Position numbers and translations under genes: made by a program. Below, one piece after another: positions 59,801 through 64,000 of a stretch of DNA of 64,000 bases. Location of the stretch: contig CM060734.1 of the NCBI GenBank assembly GCA_030704615.1, forward strand, positions 48,298,001 to 48,362,000, in the 5' to 3' direction. Source of the DNA: Takakia lepidozioides. Its lineage: Eukaryota; Plantae; Bryophyta. Within the stretch, counting starts at the first letter, position 1. Every line of letters begins with the position of its first letter. The notes below the pieces were generated by a model. It worked only from the letters and a program-made list of their open reading frames with translations. It had not been told where the DNA came from and made no database searches.

Positions 59801-62800
59801 GAAATCATTAGTAAATGCCACAAAATACTTGGCTCCTCCAAGTGAAGGAACTCTCATCGGTCCAACCACGTCAGTGTGGACCAACTCAAGCACATGGGCA
59901 GCCCTCGGGCAGCCCTGCTGCCTGTGGTCTTAGGAATGGGTGCCTTATGTTGCTTACCAAGCAAACACCCTTCGCAAAGTTTTAGGTGTGATCCATATTC
60001 AATCTTTAAACCCTGTGACAGCTTGAGTTTTTTCCATCAAGTGCATTCAAGTTTGAAAATTCAGATGCCCCAATCTCTTATGCCATATCTCTGCTGAATT
60101 TTCTTGTCCATATAAGGATGCTTTTGCGCAATACTGTTGCATTGGTGTCAATGAGTAAAGATCCCCAACTCTATCTCATTTGGCCATCAAATTCAAGTCG
60201 TCATCATAGAGTTCACAACCTTTTTTCTTGAATAAAGTATTCATACCTTCATCTGCCAATTTACTTACTGCCAGATGTTCTCTAGACTTGGAACACAAAG
60301 TACACCTTTTAGCTCCTTGGTCATGCCATTAGGAAGCTGTGTAAGTATGGTTCCCTGACCTGTAATTTCACTGTAAGTGGCATTGGCCACTTTCACTCTC
60401 CTTGGAACATGGGCTTCTTGGAATTCCACAAACCAATCTGATCTAGATGTCATATGATGTGTGGCTCCTGAGTCCAACAACCAAGAATCAAGAGCACGAT
60501 GACATCTTTCAACTTATTGATGTGATCAGAAAGGTTTCCCCCTTCTTGCAATCTAGAAGTTAGCACATTCCTAGAAGCAATATCAATTGCTCAGGTACAG
60601 ATTTTTTCTCGTACAACTCCTCTAGCTTCTTCCAGGCCTCAGATGCCGTCTTTGAAGTCTTGATGCGTCGTATGACAGAGTCTTGGAGATGCCAAACAAA
60701 GATGGAATGAGCCTTCCCATCCATCTCTATCCATTTGCTCAACTCATCTGTCTTCGAACTTCCGTCAGTTACAGGTTGCTTTCCAGCTCCCTTTGAAGTT
60801 GTCTCCACAGGTTGCTTTTCTTCCCCTGTTACGATGCTCCATAAACCTTGATGCACCAACATGTGCTGCATCTTGTATTTCCAAAGAGCAAAGTCTTCAC
60901 TGCCAAATCTATCCATGAGGCATGGGGCAGAGCTGACGGGTTCCATAGTCGTAGCTTGGAGAGAACCGTTGGTCTAACGCTAGAATGCAATGCTGATCTC
61001 ACATTCTACGGTGCACTAGGAGCAACGGCTTCTATCTAGTTCTACGCTACTTGTCGCCTGTTCACACTTGTTAACTTTAGTTGTTAATTCGAAGGAACTA
61101 ACATACTAGCTCTGATACCATGTTGGAAAACATGAACATCTAAAGCTACTGTAGACACTCACAACAACAACAGATTCATACACTTGACCAGGCGGTGAGA
61201 AGAAACAACGTGCTAAAGAAGAGTATGCTCAAGAGTGAAAAGAATGAATATAACGGAAAGCATGAGAAGGTTATATGAAATGAGAGTCCTATGGAGAGTC
61301 TGGGCTTCTAGTCACTATTCATAGTAAGAGAGAAGGATCACCGTCAATGTGCAATTAAGCACCGTCGTGGGTAGGTAACCAGACCTGATCTAATCCTACA
61401 AATATAGGAGAGTTGTCGAGGGGTAGAATAAATGCACATTCTAACAATAGGTACCTACGAGTAACCCATGTTCCCTCTGGACTATATTTTAATGATATAT
61501 CACTTTCAGTGCAGGCTTGTGGATTTGAAAATGTGAGACAGGTTGAGTTCGTTTAGAGTGAGGGGAGTTTCGAAACAGAAAGCGTGGAGTAGTGAAGGAT
61601 AAACTTGCTCAAGAAGGTTTGTACGTTATTTGGAAATTCCAGTGAAGGTCTGAGGCTGGGAGGTGGCAATTGGCGCGACTATAGCTTGGATTATAGCTCC
61701 CCAAATACCTGCAAAAACGACATTTAGAGGGGAAACTCTATTCACACAGCGCTAGAAAAAAACATCGCTGTCATCATTTCTTACACTCAGTTAACATCAA
61801 GTCGGAAGATGTATGATCTCACCGCAATGGAATTTATCTGCGGAGTCGACGTGGTGCTTAAAAGTTTCTGGTTGTGTTCAGAGCCCCCATGCTCCCTCCA
61901 GCTTGTGTCCAAAGCGACATATATGCTTTCGGGGTTTCGCTGACTGATGCAGGTTCAAACGTGCAGGCCCGATTTCCTTCTCCCCTTCCAGAGCACGCTC
62001 TGCATGTGAATCATGTACTTTCTTTAATCAGCCCGGTCACAATCGTTACTTAGATGGGCGTCTTGTCATCGACTGGAGTCATACTTGTACACGGTCGACA
62101 AAGGAAGCTTTCTCCACAATACTGTCATGAATTCCTAGGATCAGTATATAGTTACCAGCTGGCGGTATGTGGGATCGGACCAATTGAAGTCCTAGGTCCT
62201 GTAAGTACTCATAGCTTGGATCTCTCCGATATCGCTCACTGCTGAGGCCCGGAGCAGATGAAGACGGATAAGTATAACTGATGATATGAATTCAAGCCCA
62301 TGCCCGAGGATCTATACTTCTGGAAGCGTGACGTGTACATATAACTACTACTGTGCTATTTGAGCTCAATTAGTGATACCTAGGAGAATTCTCACATGTA
62401 CGTGATATTTTGTGCCTTGAGATCGAAGACGTGAAAGAAGACCACCATATACTGCACGATGGGACGTTCACAAATGTTGGATTAAGATTATACATACAGT
62501 TATGTAAAAGTGCTGGTTTCCATCGCAATGCACAAAACATACCTATATGCGTGTGTACGTGTCTAGTAGTGGACAGTAATTAGGTCATTATATTCACTTG
62601 GAAAGGTATGCGTATGTATGTATGGCGGACTTACCAGAACTGTGTTGTATCTACTAATCGTTGGGATGCTTGACATTGAAAGCAGCACAAGCTTTGTATT
62701 TTCCATTTCTCGCACCATATGTGTTCGCTCTGAACAGAGCTGATTCTCGTTATGGTGCCAATTTTGCGTACGCTGGAGCCGCTGCGCGAGATGACACCTC

Positions 62801-64000
62801 GCTAGTCCCCTTTTACCTGCAGCTTCAACTTAACCAATACTTCTTCTTCAAAAGTACAGCCCAGTCGAATGACTCTGAAAGTACGCTCTCGTCGGCCACT
62901 ATTACTGAATTGCACTTTAATCCAAGGTCATTTTGTATGTTTTGTTTATTTGTTCTTGTTCAAAGCAGATTGGCGCGTTTTTCTTTTGAACAGCAGACCA
63001 TATCTGGAGTAATCTCCGAGCAAAAAAGCTCCAGGCTATGGAACTCTCGGAGCTCGACCACCCCTTGTCATGACTTCTATGTAAGTACTTATTGAACAAT
63101 TAGGTCGGCAGACACAAGTAATTAACTGCGAGTAAAGGACGCGTGTGGGGCTACCTATTTTTCAATGTGCGCTCCGTGATTTGTGTTGTCGTCAGTCTGT
63201 CTTGTAGATTTCGGATGACCCTTGCTGAACTCTTGTCCAGACCCTATGGCTGCTGACGATCATTGCGTCGTGCCCCCCTCCTTCTTCGATACTAAGGCAT
63301 ACTACATCATACCCGAGATTGGGGTAAACGACGTCGTCTTATCGCTAGAGCGAGGTTTGAATACCTCGACGATAAATGAAACGATCTTGCCTCAGACACT
63401 CGCAGTTGTCGTATCTGCAGTGGAGGTGAGTTACAATCTTGCTGAGCAAGACTTTGTTGAGATAGGGTCGCATCTCCACTTGCAGTCCTGTACAAAGTTC
63501 CATGAACTCACATATGTGTTTTTCTTCACGTTCCGCGCGGTGCTCAACTTGCGGAATGTCACCTGCAGCAACTTTATGCCAGTGGAACCAGAACTATTTT
63601 CTTGGGCACACTTCCACCACAAGGGTGCGTTCCCCTTCTCCTCACCGATCTCGCGGGCATCAGCCCCTATGACAGTATGGGCTGTTTGGAAGGTATCAAC
63701 GATGTTGACAAGGCCTACAATACTGAGCTCAACGCTTCGCTTGCGACACTTCGACAAAATCTCACGGATATCAACCTCTATCTCTACGACTGGTACAGTG
63801 CCAATATGGAGATTCTGACAAATCCTACCAAATATGGTGAGCAGTATATAACCTTTCTTGCTAATTTCAGACCATCATGATCAGATCACCTATGCACTCA
63901 ACTTGCAAATGGAAGTGTTGCAGTGGTGACCTGGCTGAACCTTTTCTGGAAACTGTCTAACTTGCATGTACATATATGCAGGATTTTTGGCGAATGCTAC
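56868..64000 (+). CDS. GDSL esterase/lipase (secreted), runs off the window; exons approx. 56868-57135, 62686-62880, 63241-63425, 63569-63836, 63982-
   Basis: Signal peptide, then block I FGDSLTDTGN, PYG, RFLDGHLIIDFI, GANFAYAGA, block III EIGVND, LPPQGCVP, YDSMGCL and NPTKYG. GT-AG boundaries give a consistent frame; an extra exon near 63000-63080 is uncertain. Confidence 0.88.
57137..61446 (-). mobile_element. Ty1/Copia LTR retrotransposon (degenerate, internally deleted)
   Basis: LTRs 57137-57437 and 61121-61446 (TG...CA). TSD ATAGG at 57132-57136 and 61447-61451. tRNA-iMet PBS TGGTATCAGAGC at 61109-61120. Gag, WLLDSGATHHM, IRSDNGGEF, LYVDD and RNase H fragments in Copia order. Confidence 0.95.
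61680..62075 (+). pseudogene. Degenerate duplicate of GDSL exon 1 and upstream sequence within intron 1
   Basis: TGTCCAAAG...ATATATGCTTTCGGGG..TCGCTGACTGAT and AATCAGCCCGGTCACAATCG...TTAGATGGGC match 56945-57130. GGGGAAACTCTATT matches about 56748. Confidence 0.8.

Overview
Eukaryotic, transposon-rich nuclear DNA from a land plant, probably seed-free (inferred from PLS-class PPR genes, a Met-tRNA-primed Copia and TTTAGGG motifs). Host genes: two paralogous PLS-PPR genes (3074-5188 -, 32961-34799 +) whose E/DYW tails have decayed, a MEI2/TEL RRM3 fragment, and a GDSL esterase/lipase (56868 to the window end) with a Ty1/Copia inserted at its first splice donor. The main feature is an unusual Ty3/Gypsy-type family with the order Gag-PR-DNMT3-like cytosine methyltransferase-[UAG CAA CCA]-RT-RNaseH-integrase-PHD finger. 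It occurs as two nested, TSD-bounded elements (E1 8280-31227 -, TSD CATC, inside an RLE-type LINE; E2 16058-27030 +, TSD ACCG, inside E1) plus an inverted, deleted duplicate (41736-50023). The termini are not normal LTRs. The PPT- and PBS-defined LTR is B-gc-A, but the integrated ends fall at the palindromic B|A junction inside it (GACA-GC-TGTC). E2 is A...B-A-B and E1 is A...B, the structures expected from integrating 2-LTR and 1-LTR circles. The PBS is complementary to the element's own LTR (Tf1-like self-priming) and the A segment holds covarying hairpins. A decayed SET-domain ORF, LINE fragments and MITE-like elements fill the rest. All coordinates were read by eye and no database searches were run.
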